A DNA stretch of 50,411 nucleotides from Thermoanaerobaculia bacterium (GCA_035607445.1 DATMZM010000147.1:1-50411), one strand, 5' to 3'. Shown: positions 39,247 through 49,637, numbered from the stretch's first letter. Notes: generated from the letters alone by a model not told the origin. Program-made: numbers and translations.

Positions 39247-39460
39247 CGGCTTCCTGCACCAGGAAGCGGCTTCCCAGACCAGGAAGCGGTTTCCTGCGCC
39301 AGGAAGCGGCTTCCCAGTCCAGGAAGCGGCTTCCTGCTCCAGGAAGCGACTTCCTGCTCCAGGAAGCGACTTCCCACGCCAGGAAGCGGTTTCCTGCTCG
39401 AGGAAGCGGCTTCCCACGCCAGGAAGCGGCTTCCCAGCGCAGGAAGCCGCTTCCTGCGCC
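39241..39460. repeat. tandem array of 11 x 20-bp units: 14-bp core AGGAAGCGGCTTCC (palindrome GGAAGC-N-GCTTCC) plus 6-bp variable linker
   Basis: Units begin exactly every 20 nt from 39241 to 39441. Linkers alternate between TGCNCC and CAGNCC/CACGCC types. Junctions also form palindromes (CTTCCTG-CAC-CAGGAAG). The last unit carries the core in the inverted form GGAAGCCGCTTCC. Confidence 0.92.
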
Positions 39461-39490
39461 GCGAAGCGGCTATTTATGCCGCGATGCGAC
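39450..39490. repeat. right 41-bp inverted arm of the foldback-like element
   Basis: CTTCCTGCGCCGCGAAGCGGCTATTTATGCCGCGATGCGAC. Ends 7 nt before the glmM stop codon. Confidence 0.85.
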
Positions 39491-39496
39491 GAGCTT

Positions 39497-40864
39497 CTAC
39501 GCCCCGATCGCGCTCCGGACCTCGCGGGCGATCTCCTCGGCCATCTCTTCGATCTGCCCCTGCTCGGGCCCTTCGATCATCACCCGGGCGAGCGGCTCGG
39601 TGCCGCTGTAGCGGAGGACGAGGCGGCCGTCTTCGCCCAGAAGCTTCTCGACGCGGGCCGCGGCGGCCGCCACTCCGGGGAGGTCGCGGAAAGCTCTCTT
39701 GTCGGTCACCCGGATGTTCTTGAGGATCTGGGGATAGCGCCGGAAGCCGGCGAGCATTTGGGACAGCGGCTCGCCTGACCGCGCTCGGAGCGCCGCCATC
39801 TGGAGCGCGGTGATCAGGCCGTCTCCGGTGCTCGCTTCTCGCAAGTGGACGATGTGGCCGGACTGCTCGCCGCCGAGGACGATCCCTTCGCTCTTCATCG
39901 TCGCGACCACCCGGCGGTCGCCGACGTCGCAGCGGACGACCTCAATGCCGTCTCGGGCGAGCGCGCGGACCAGGCCCAGGTTGCTCATCGAGGTGGCGAC
40001 GATCTTTCGGCCCGGCAAAGCGTCTTTCGCCGCGAGGTCGCGCGCCCAGAGGTAGAGGATCGCGTCGCCGTCCCGGACTTCGCCCTGCTCGTCGACCAGG
40101 ATGCAACGGTCGGCATCGCCGTCGAACGTCAACCCCAAGTCGGCGCCGCTCTCGAGGACCCGCGCGGCGACCACTTCCGGGTGCGTCGAGCCGCAGCCGG
40201 CGTTGATGTTCGTGCCGTCCGGCCGATCGTTCATCACGTGGACCGCGGCGCCCATGGCGTTGAACAAGAGACCCCCGTAATCGGACGCCGCGCCGTGGCC
40301 GCAGTCGACCGCGAGCTTCAAGCCTGCGAGCGGTTTCTTCCCCGGTAGATACGCCAACAGGGCCTCGTAGTATTCCAGGGCCAGACCCTTGTAACGCTTC
40401 GGCCGGGTCGCGGCATTCGGGGCAAACCCGGGGGCATCGCGGATCGCCAGCAATTCCGATTCGAGCTCGGCTTCCGCCTCTTCCGTCCATTTGAAGCCCT
40501 TGCGGTCGAACAGCTTGACGCCATTGTCGGGCACCGGATTGTGGCTCGCCGAGACCGCGATCCCGCAGGCCGCGCGATGTTGGCGGACGAGGTATGCGAT
40601 GCCGGGCGTCGGGATGTCCTCCTCGTAGCGCACCTCGACACCTTCCGGGACGAGACCGGACACGAGCCAGCCGCAGATCTCCGGCGTGCTCTCCCGGGTG
40701 TCGCCGCCGAGGACGACGATCGGCGGCACGGAACGCTTGCCGCGAGCGGCGCGGAGCCTTGCCCCGAGCGCGAGCGCCAGGGCGGAGATCGTCGCGCGGT
40801 CGAGCGGCTCCTCGCCGAAGGGTGCGCGGATGCCGTCGGTACCAAAGAGCCGGGGAGAGGTCAT
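39497..40864 (-). CDS. glmM: phosphoglucosamine mutase
   Basis: FGTDGIRG-like start (LFGTDGIRAPFGE), active-site SASHNP, and GEQSGH. Confidence 0.93.
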   Translation of the reverse strand: MTSPRLFGTDGIRAPFGEEPLDRATISALALALGARLRAARGKRSVPPIVVLGGDTRESTPEICGWLVSGLVPEGVEVRYEEDIPTPGIAYLVRQHRAACGIAVSASHNPVPDNGVKLFDRKGFKWTEEAEAELESELLAIRDAPGFAPNAATRPKRYKGLALEYYEALLAYLPGKKPLAGLKLAVDCGHGAASDYGGLLFNAMGAAVHVMNDRPDGTNINAGCGSTHPEVVAARVLESGADLGLTFDGDADRCILVDEQGEVRDGDAILYLWARDLAAKDALPGRKIVATSMSNLGLVRALARDGIEVVRCDVGDRRVVATMKSEGIVLGGEQSGHIVHLREASTGDGLITALQMAALRARSGEPLSQMLAGFRRYPQILKNIRVTDKRAFRDLPGVAAAAARVEKLLGEDGRLVLRYSGTEPLARVMIEGPEQGQIEEMAEEIAREVRSAIGA

Positions 40865-41550
40865 CGTTTCTTCTTGCCCTTTCGCTTCGCGGGTTCCGGT
40901 GCCGCTTCGCGCGGCGTCAAGGGCACGCGGATCGTGACCTTCGACGGCTGGACCACCTGGATCAACGGGTCGGGGGAGACGACCCCCACGATCTCCTCGA
41001 ACGAGGTCGCGTGGTCGTCGAGCGAGATCGGTTGCGACTTGAGCGCCGTGAGCTTCTTGAGGCGCGATTCCGGCCCCGAGACCAGCACCTGGTTCGGGAA
41101 GACCTCCGGGGTGCCGAGCGTCGAGCCCTCCGCCGGCTTGCCCTGGAGCTTCGGCTGGACCGAAACGCGCTGCGTGACCTCGCGGTCGAGCTCGACCTGG
41201 ATCGCGTTGGGCTCGATCGAGACCATCTCGAGGTCCTCGGGCATCAGCAGGTTCTCGGCGCCCAGCTGGACGGTGACGGTCTCCGGGCCGGTCGGATGGA
41301 GCTCGACCTGGACGTCGACCATGTAGGGGTTCAGGTTCCGGATCGCCTTGCGGCTGCCGCGCAGGCGCACCAGGACGCTCTGGGCCGGATCGAGCACCAG
41401 GAAGCCGCGGGGCAGATTGTAGGTGACGCTCGCGTCGACGAGCTTCTCGGTCGTCTCCTCGCGGTCCTCGAGCGAGACCCGGCTCCAGATCGCGATCGCG
41501 ATCGCGAGGGCGAGGAGGCGCAGGCCCCAGGTGCGTCCGCGGTCGCTCAT
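40861..41550 (-). CDS. cdaR: YbbR domain protein, CdaR-like regulator of diadenylate cyclase
   Basis: 229 aa. N-terminal TM anchor followed by YbbR-like repeats (V.V.L.G). Lies between cdaA and glmM, with 4-nt overlaps on both sides. Confidence 0.7.
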   Translation of the reverse strand: MSDRGRTWGLRLLALAIAIAIWSRVSLEDREETTEKLVDASVTYNLPRGFLVLDPAQSVLVRLRGSRKAIRNLNPYMVDVQVELHPTGPETVTVQLGAENLLMPEDLEMVSIEPNAIQVELDREVTQRVSVQPKLQGKPAEGSTLGTPEVFPNQVLVSGPESRLKKLTALKSQPISLDDHATSFEEIVGVVSPDPLIQVVQPSKVTIRVPLTPREAAPEPAKRKGKKKR

Positions 41551-42332
41551 CGGCCCTCTCCCGCCGGGTAGAGATCGGTGATCAGGTACTTGAAGAGCGT
41601 GTTGCGCAGGCTCTTGCCGTCCAGGTCGCGGATGATCTCGCCGTCGATCACGACCGAGATGATGCCGGTCTCCTCCGAGACGACGACGGCGAGAGCGTCG
41701 GTCTCCTCGGTCAGGCCGAGCGCCGCGCGGTGGCGGGTGCCGAACTCCTTGGACAGCTCGGGGTTCACCGACAGCGGCAGGAAGCAGGCGGCGGCGGCGA
41801 TCCGGTCGTCCTGGACGATCACCGCGCCGTCGTGGAGGGGGGTGTCCGGCGTGAAGATGTTGATCAGCAAGCCATAGGAGAGCTGCGCGTCGATCCGCAC
41901 GCCGTTCTCGATGTAGTTGCGCAGCCCCTGGAGGCGCTCGATCACGATCAGCGCGCCGATCCGGCGCGCCGCGAGCGTCGTCGCGGCGAGGACGACCTCG
42001 TTGAAGGTCGAGGCCACCTTCTGCTGCCGCGCGAGGCCCCAGAGAGGATTGCGGCCGAAGTTCGCGAGCGCGCGGCGGATCTCCTGCTGGAACAGGATGA
42101 TGACCGCGAAGGGGAGGACGATCAGGAGGCTCTCGAGCAGCGTCTGGAGCGTCGGCAGGTCGGCGAGCCGGGCGGCGTAGTAGACGAACCCGACGAAGAC
42201 GATGCCGAGCAGCATCTGGACCGCGCGCGTGCCGCGGATCAGGAGCAGCAGGTTGTAGACCACCACCGCGACGGCGAGGATGTCGATCGGATCGCGCCAG
42301 GTCAGCAGCTGCAGGAACCGGGGCCAGTTCAA
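41547..42332 (-). CDS. cdaA: diadenylate cyclase (membrane-anchored, DisA_N/DAC domain)
   Basis: Three N-terminal TM helices, then GALIVIER, PLHDGAVI and RHRAALG..E.TDA..VVVSEETG. TTG start at 42332 overlaps the folP stop (TTGA). The remainder of the track ORF is out of frame over folP. Confidence 0.85.
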   Translation of the reverse strand: MNWPRFLQLLTWRDPIDILAVAVVVYNLLLLIRGTRAVQMLLGIVFVGFVYYAARLADLPTLQTLLESLLIVLPFAVIILFQQEIRRALANFGRNPLWGLARQQKVASTFNEVVLAATTLAARRIGALIVIERLQGLRNYIENGVRIDAQLSYGLLINIFTPDTPLHDGAVIVQDDRIAAAACFLPLSVNPELSKEFGTRHRAALGLTEETDALAVVVSEETGIISVVIDGEIIRDLDGKSLRNTLFKYLITDLYPAGEGR

Positions 42333-43237
42333 GCGCCGGCCTCGCGGATCGCCGTCAAGACGCGGAGGAACGACGCGGTCGCCCGGACGTCGTGCACGCG
42401 GAGGATGTCCGCGCCCGAAAGGGCGCCCCAGCCGGCCGCCGCGAGGCTTCCGGCCAACCGCTCGGCGGGCGGCTCGCCGGTCAGGGCGCCGAGGAAGCTC
42501 TTGCGGCTCGCGCCGAGGAGGATCGGCCGGCCGAGATCGGCGAGCGCCGAGAGCCGGCCGATCAGCCGGAGGTTGTGCTCGAGGCTCTTGCCGAAGCCGA
42601 TCCCGGGGTCGACGATCGTCTGCTCGGGGTCGATCCCCGCCGCCTCGGCGCGCGCGAGCGCGGCGCGCAGCTCGGCCCTCACCTCGGCGACGACGTCTTG
42701 GAAGCGGATGTCCTTCTGCATCGTCTCGAGCGGTCCGCGGCTGTGCATCAGGACGATCGGGCAACCGGAGGCGGCGACCGCGGCGCCGAGATCCGGATCG
42801 CCGAGCGCCGAGACGTCGTTGATCAGGTCGGCTCCGGCGTCGAGCGCCGCGCGCGCCACCTCGCCCTTGCGCGTATCGACCGAGAGCGGCGCGTCGGTCC
42901 GCGCGCGGAGCCGCTCGAGGACCGGCAGGAGGCGGCGGATCTCCTCCTCGGCCGAGACCTCCTCGGCGCCCCGGCCGTAGACGCCGCCGCCCGGGCGGGT
43001 CGACTCGGCGCCCAAGTCGAGGAGGTCGGCGCTCTCGGCGAGCTTCTCGAGCCCCGCCGCGACGGCGCGCTCGGGATCTCCCGGATCGTAGTGGACGCCG
43101 CCGTCGCTGAAGGAGTCGGGGGTCAGGTTGACGACCGCCATCACGAGCGGGCGCGCGCCGAACGCGAGCCGGCGAGCGCGGGGGAGCCGGATCTCGCGGT
43201 GGCGGGCGGGGGCGTCGGCGGCGGGGGCGGTCGGCAT
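42329..43237 (-). CDS. folP: dihydropteroate synthase
   Basis: NLTPDSFSDGG, DLGAESTRPG, SVDT, DPGIGFGK, and GASRKSF. Confidence 0.92.
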   Translation of the reverse strand: MPTAPAADAPARHREIRLPRARRLAFGARPLVMAVVNLTPDSFSDGGVHYDPGDPERAVAAGLEKLAESADLLDLGAESTRPGGGVYGRGAEEVSAEEEIRRLLPVLERLRARTDAPLSVDTRKGEVARAALDAGADLINDVSALGDPDLGAAVAASGCPIVLMHSRGPLETMQKDIRFQDVVAEVRAELRAALARAEAAGIDPEQTIVDPGIGFGKSLEHNLRLIGRLSALADLGRPILLGASRKSFLGALTGEPPAERLAGSLAAAGWGALSGADILRVHDVRATASFLRVLTAIREAGA

Positions 43238-43258
43238 GAGAGAGCGCGCGCCGGGACC

Positions 43259-45216
<1,958 letters not shown>

Positions 45217-45220
<4 letters not shown>

Positions 45221-46737
45221 GGGTTGGCTACCTCGCTGGCGGGCGCTTCTTGCGCTCGCGTTCCTACGGGAAAAACAGGTCCCGGGTTTGGCGGCGTGCC
45301 GCCTCTCTCCGGGTTGCCGTTCGAAGTCGGTTGCGGGTCCGAGGCGGCCAGCGCCTGGAGCTCGGCGATCCAGACCGGGGCATGGGCGCTCCGCACACGG
45401 CAGCGTTCCTCGATCGTCACCCCGGGGACCCAGACGATCCGATCACCGGCGCAGAGGAGGGGGATCCGTTTCCGGACGCCGCGCGGCACCTGTCGGTCGA
45501 TCAGGATCTCCTTGAGCTTTCGGGTTCCCGCGGCACCCAGGGGGTGGAGGCGGTCGCCCGGCCGGCGGCTCCTCACGGTCACGCGATCCCCCGGAGCCAG
45601 GACGAGGGCGAGCCCCGCGCGGTTCGGTGCTCCTTCGAGCATCCAAGCGGCGGGCTCGCCCGGGCGAAGCGTCAGCGCCATGCCGATCTCCGGGATTTCG
45701 ATGCGCCCCGGAACCGAAAAAGTATACGTGAATCCTGGGGCTTCGGACGGATCGCCGTCGCTTCCGCTCGCGGCGAGCGCGATCCGGCCCCGGACGGTCG
45801 TCCAGGACGCTCCGCCGCCGCAAGCGACGCGCGCCGAGCCTCCGAGGCGGCCCGCGTCGATCCGGCGCTCGAGCTCCGAGCCCGCGGCCCGGCTGGGCGG
45901 GAAGGGGAGGCCGGCCGCGCGATGGAGCGCGGCGAGGGCGTAGGGGCGGAGCTCCGGAGGGAGCTCCCGAAACCCGGCGAGGTCGAGCGAGGGCTCTTCG
46001 GCTTCCGCCAGCCCGGGAAAGCGGCGGGAGAGCCGCGACGCGATCGAGGCCGAGGCCCGGGCGGCCCCCTCGGCGAGACGGGCGAGGCGATGCGAGAGGT
46101 CCGGCTCCCGCGCCTCGAGCGCCGGCAGGAGCCGATGGCGGATTCGATTGCGCGCGACGGCGAGGTCGAGGTTCGCCGGATCGAACTGCCAGGGCAGGCC
46201 CAGGGCTTCGAGGTACGCGAGGATCTCCGCTTTGGGCAGGGCGAGGAGCGGGCGGATCAGGCGGCTGTTTCGGGGCCGGATCCCGGCGAGGCCGGCGAGC
46301 CCGGAGCCGCGGAGCCAGCGCAGGAGCACCGTCTCGGCCTGGTCGTCGAGGTGATGGGCCGTCGCGATCCAACGGGCGCCGCAGGTCCGCCGGGCGGCTT
46401 CGAGAAACTCGTAACGAACGCGCCGTGCCGCGGTCTCCCAGCTTTCGCCCGGGCTGCGGAGCGCCGACACGTCGCGCCGTTCGACCCGGCACGGCACGCC
46501 GAGCCGAGCGGCGAGGACCGTGGCCTTCCGGGCGCGCTCCGCGGAGCCGGGGTCGGCGGCATGGTCGAGATGAGCGGCGTAGAGGTCGGAGGCGCTGGGA
46601 TCGTGCCGGCGCCGGGCGGCGAGGCCGGCGAGGAGCGCGGTCGAGTCGGGCCCGCCCGAGAAGGCGACGAGGATCGGTCCGGCGCCGAGCGGCTCGCCGG
46701 CAGCGAAGAAACGATCGAGCGCACCCGGGACCGTCAC
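45217..46737 (-). CDS. tilS: tRNA(Ile)-lysidine synthase
   Basis: PP-loop SGGPDS, HLDH, and the C-terminal TilS domain (GDR..P.G..G.RKLK....D..VP...R...P). Start set to the GTG at 46737 because the track ORF N-terminus overlaps the tRNA gene. 4-nt overlap with the ftsH start. Confidence 0.85.
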
Positions 46738-46764
46738 GGTCGCCTCGCAACGTGTCGAGATGGA

Positions 46765-46841
46765 TGGTGGCGGTGAAGGGACTTGAACCCCTGACACAGC
46801 GGATATGAGCCGCTTGCTCTGACCAACTGAGCTACACCGCC
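46765..46841 (-). tRNA. tRNA with CAT anticodon (elongator Met or Ile2/lysidine type), CCA encoded
   Basis: 77-nt cloverleaf read by hand: GGCGGTG-TA-GCTC-AGTTGGTCA-GAGC-A-AGCGG-CTCATAT-CCGCT-GTGTC-AGGGG-TTCAAGT-CCCTT-CACCGCC-A-CCA. G1:C72 is paired and there is no GGG/CCC anticodon stem, so it is not an initiator. Confidence 0.9.
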
Positions 46842-46978
46842 TTGCTGGATAAGGAAGGATGCGGCGCCTCCCCGCGCGGCGGGAAGTATAGCCGGAGGTC
46901 CGCTGAGAGCCAACTCCGGCTCGGACCGGAAGGCCCGAGGCCCGAGCTCGACGCCCGAAGGGCGAGAAGTCCGACTCG

Positions 46979-47004
46979 CCGCCCGCCGCGAGAGCGGCGG
47001 GCGG
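46979..47004 (-). terminator. GC-rich hairpin downstream of arsR (terminator candidate)
   Basis: Perfect 11-bp stem CCGCCCGCCGC / GCGGCGGGCGG with a GAGA loop, 32 nt past the arsR stop. No U tract. Confidence 0.35.
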
Positions 47005-47035
47005 GTGACGCCTCGGAAGCCGGGAGGCCGCGCCG

Positions 47036-47359
47036 TTAGCGCAGGGAATCCTGGCAGCTGCGGAACTGGCCGAAGAAGTCGCGCATCGACGTCGACAGCA
47101 TGTGGTCGTTCAGGCGGTAGATGACGTTCTGACCGTGGCGCTGGTCGACGACCAGCTCGGCCTCCTTGAGCACCGAGAGGTGCCGGGAGATCGTGGGCTG
47201 GGAGAGCTTGAAGTTGCCGACGATCTCGCCCACGGTCCTCTGGTTGACCTCGAGAAGACGCAAAATCTCCTGCCGGGTGCCGTCGGAGAGAGCCTTGAAC
47301 ACTTTGGTCAGCTGTCGCTCTCCACGTCCGAAACTCATGCTGCGATCGATGATCGCCAT
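47036..47359 (-). CDS. ArsR/SmtB family transcriptional regulator
   Basis: 107 aa. FKALSDGTRQEILRLL....TVGEIV....LSQPTISRHL..L..A.LV is the classic ArsR winged-HTH. Confidence 0.88.
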   Translation of the reverse strand: MAIIDRSMSFGRGERQLTKVFKALSDGTRQEILRLLEVNQRTVGEIVGNFKLSQPTISRHLSVLKEAELVVDQRHGQNVIYRLNDHMLSTSMRDFFGQFRSCQDSLR

Positions 47360-47425
47360 CGCCAGCCTCCTTGTAGGGGCAGGGCCTCATCCGGTCCTGC
47401 GCATCCTGATGTTGACCAAAGTGTA

Positions 47426-47442
47426 GAACAAATGGATTGTTC
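47426..47442. promoter_or_regulatory. perfect 6-5-6 inverted repeat GAACAA-ATGGA-TTGTTC upstream of arsR (operator candidate)
   Basis: Read directly, in an AT-rich patch 67-83 nt upstream of the arsR start codon. Confidence 0.4.
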
Positions 47443-47594
47443 AAGAGTTGAGGTCTCGCTCAGTGAGTGGGGCAGGATCGCCAACGAACTGAGCGCAAGG
47501 GTGCAAACTTCTCTATAAATGAAATTTAAGTCTGCGGCGGAGAGAGGCGTTTCGGGGGCCCTGCGGCCGGCTGGAGGCCCCCGAGGAGGGAAAT

Positions 47595-48203
47595 TCAGCT
47601 TTTCGCGCGGTCCAGCCGGTCGGCGACGTTCTGCCAGTTGACGACGTTCCACCAGGCGGCCAGATAGTCGGGACGCCGATTCTGGTACTTGAGGTAATAG
47701 GCGTGCTCCCAGACGTCGACGCCGAGGAGGGGAGTCTTGCCCTCGATCAGCGGGCTGTCCTGATTCGGCCGGGCCAGCACGTCGAGCTTGCCGTCGGCGA
47801 GGACCAGCCAGCCCCAGCCGGAGCCGAACTGGTTCGCCGCCGCGTTCGTCAGCTTCTCCTGGAGCGCCGTGAAGCTCCCGAGGTCGCGGTCGATCGCCGC
47901 GGCGAGCGCGCCCCCGGGCTGGCCGCCGGCATTCGGGGCCATGACCTCCCAGAAGAGCGTATGGTTCGCGTGGCCGCCGCCGTGGTTGCGGACGACGGCC
48001 CGGATCGATTCGGGGACCTCGTCGAGCCCGCGCAGCAGGTCCTCGACCGGCTTGGCCGCGAGGTCGGCCTTGCCCTCGAGGGCGCCGTTCAATTTGGCGA
48101 CGTAGGCGGCATGGTGCTTGTCGTGGTGGATCTCCATCGTGCGCGCATCGATGTGCGGCTCGAGGGCGTCGAACGCATAGCCTAGAGGCGGTACGGAGTG
48201 CAT
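47595..48203 (-). CDS. sodA: superoxide dismutase, Mn-type (Fe/Mn SOD family)
   Basis: [30 protein letters not shown] and [18 protein letters not shown] closely follow E. coli SodA. Start is ATG 48203 (AAAGGAG 10 nt upstream) or 48212. Confidence 0.9.
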   Translation of the reverse strand: MHSVPPLGYAFDALEPHIDARTMEIHHDKHHAAYVAKLNGALEGKADLAAKPVEDLLRGLDEVPESIRAVVRNHGGGHANHTLFWEVMAPNAGGQPGGALAAAIDRDLGSFTALQEKLTNAAANQFGSGWGWLVLADGKLDVLARPNQDSPLIEGKTPLLGVDVWEHAYYLKYQNRRPDYLAAWWNVVNWQNVADRLDRAKS

Positions 48204-48257
48204 CGTCTGCATTCTCCTTTCGGAAGCGAAGGGTAGCCTTCGTGGCTCTCGAAACCA

Positions 48258-48285
48258 TGCACGCGCGGTGCCGGAGCCGCGTGCA
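48258..48285. promoter_or_regulatory. 8-12-8 inverted repeat TGCACGCG-N12-CGCGTGCA upstream of sodA
   Basis: Read directly, 55-82 nt upstream of the sodA start, between the rpmG terminator and sodA. Confidence 0.3.
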
Positions 48286-48314
48286 CGGAAGTCGGAGGAG
48301 ATTGTTTCACATCG

Positions 48315-48369
48315 AAAAACGAGAACGCCCCGGCGCCCCTGGAAATCGCGAGGGGGCTGACCGGGGCGT
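48315..48369 (-). terminator. rho-independent terminator after rpmG
   Basis: On the minus strand, ACGCCCCGG ... CCGGGGCGT (9-bp outer stem with an inner CCCCT/AGGGG pairing) is followed by TCTCGTTTTT. Confidence 0.5.
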
Positions 48370-48400
48370 CCGGGTGGGCGCCGGGCAAGGAACGGCGGCT

Positions 48401-48556
48401 CTAGCGGAGCTTCTCTTCGACGAACTCGACGTGCTTGCGGATCTTCGCGTCGTACTTCTTGAGCCGCAGCTTCTCGGTCGAGAGCTTCTTGTTCTTCGTC
48501 GTCGTGTAAAAAGTTCCGGTCCCTGCCGACGAAACCAGCTTGATCTTGTCGCGCAT
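48401..48556 (-). CDS. rpmG: 50S ribosomal protein L33
   Basis: Not in the supplied ORF track (51 aa). Minus-strand translation: [51 protein letters not shown]. This matches the L33 signature KI.L.S.AGTG.FYTT.KN. Confidence 0.9.
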   Translation of the reverse strand: MRDKIKLVSSAGTGTFYTTTKNKKLSTEKLRLKKYDAKIRKHVEFVEEKLR

Positions 48557-48618
48557 CGTTCGGGTGCCTCGGTTGCGCCGCTCGAGACGGCGGCTCCTTG
48601 CGTTTCTGCGGCGAATTT

Positions 48619-48695
<77 letters not shown>

Positions 48696-48731
48696 GCGTT
48701 GTTCTCGAATCGGGGAGCGGGCCTCGCTCCC

Positions 48732-48807
48732 TGGTGGGAGGTGAGGGATTTGAACCCGCGACCCCCTGCGTGTAAGGCAGGTGCTCTAACCGCTGAGCTA
48801 ACCTCCC
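48732..48807 (-). tRNA. tRNA-Val (TAC), CCA encoded
   Basis: GGGAGGT-TA-GCTC-AGCGGTTA-GAGC-A-CCTGC-CTTACAC-GCAGG-GGGTC-GCGGG-TTCAAAT-CCCTC-ACCTCCC-A-CCA. 76 nt. One C-U mismatch in the T stem as I fold it. Confidence 0.88.
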
Positions 48808-48909
48808 GCCTTCGAGGGGCGGGATCGTATGCGAAGGCTCCGGGCCAAGTCAACGGCGGGCTGCCAGCCCGACGGCCTCATCCGCCACGACGCGCTCCTC
48901 CGAGGTGCT

Positions 48910-49596
48910 TCAGTCGGCCAGCGATTCGATGCAGTCGGGGGCGTCGTGGGCTGGGCTGTTGACCGCGCGCGAGACCGGGGTGGCCTCGAAGGCTCCGTCG
49001 GGCGCGGGGCCGAGGAGCGACGTCAGGCGTTCGACCTCCGAGACCGCGGGATCGAGCCACAGCGCATGCTCGTCGCGCTCGAGGATCACCGGCATGCGGT
49101 CGTGGATCGGCCGCATCAGCTCGTTCGGAGTGGTGGTGAGGATCGTGAACGTCTCGAGCGCGGGCTCCTCCCGCGGCGCCCCTCTCGGCCGCCAGCTCGC
49201 CCAGAGGCCGGCGAAGGCGAACGGCTGGCCGTCCCGGCGGTGGATCCAGTAGGGCTGCTTCAACTTGCCCTCCTTCTTCCACTCGTAGAAACCGTCGGCG
49301 AGCACGAGGCAGCGTTGTTTTTGCAGGCTGCGCTTGAACGAGGGTTTTTCCGCCGCGGACTCGGCGCGCGCGTTGATCATCCGGTTGCCGATCGACGGGT
49401 CTTCCGCCCAGGCCGGCACGAGGCCCCAGCGGAGGAGGTCGAGCCGCCGCGGGGCGCCGGGTGCGGGTTGGCGCACGACGGCGACCTCCTGCGTCGGCGC
49501 GATGTTGAAGCGGGGAGAGAACGAGGGGACGTCCGGGATCTCGAACAGGTCGGCGATCAGCTCGGGCGGGGCGGAGAGGGTATAGCGGCCGCACAT
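48910..49596 (-). CDS. yedK: SOS response-associated peptidase (SRAP/YedK, abasic-site processing protein)
   Basis: MCGRY N-terminus with catalytic Cys2, NIAPTQ, WGL.P.W, NARAE, and ADGFYEW. Confidence 0.9.
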   Translation of the reverse strand: MCGRYTLSAPPELIADLFEIPDVPSFSPRFNIAPTQEVAVVRQPAPGAPRRLDLLRWGLVPAWAEDPSIGNRMINARAESAAEKPSFKRSLQKQRCLVLADGFYEWKKEGKLKQPYWIHRRDGQPFAFAGLWASWRPRGAPREEPALETFTILTTTPNELMRPIHDRMPVILERDEHALWLDPAVSEVERLTSLLGPAPDGAFEATPVSRAVNSPAHDAPDCIESLAD

Positions 49597-49637
49597 GGTG
49601 GTGAAACTCTACCAGCTGGGGAGGAGGGCGGCCCGGA

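Noticed and set aside
39241-39460. CRISPR array interpretation of the 20-bp repeats (and likewise of 1642-1872)
   Set aside because: The units are contiguous, with only 6 variable nt and no 25-40-nt spacers. The repeat is too short, and there are no cas genes or leader in the window.
38952-39611. ORFs on both strands through the 20-bp array (e.g. 39105-39611 plus, 38952-39377 and 39157-39417 minus)
   Set aside because: The 20-aa periodic peptides (..QEAASW.RKPLPG.GSRFL..) are a by-product of the DNA repeat. The ORFs overlap the GNAT start or the glmM end and have no RBS.
46738-46797. First 20 codons of the tilS track ORF
   Set aside because: They overlap the CAT-anticodon tRNA gene on the same strand. 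The first in-frame start clear of the tRNA is the GTG at 46737.
47553-47583. Hairpin CGGGGGCC-N15-GGCCCCCG as the sodA terminator
   Set aside because: The position is right (just past the sodA stop), but the loop is 15 nt and there is no U tract on the minus strand. Too weak to call as a feature.
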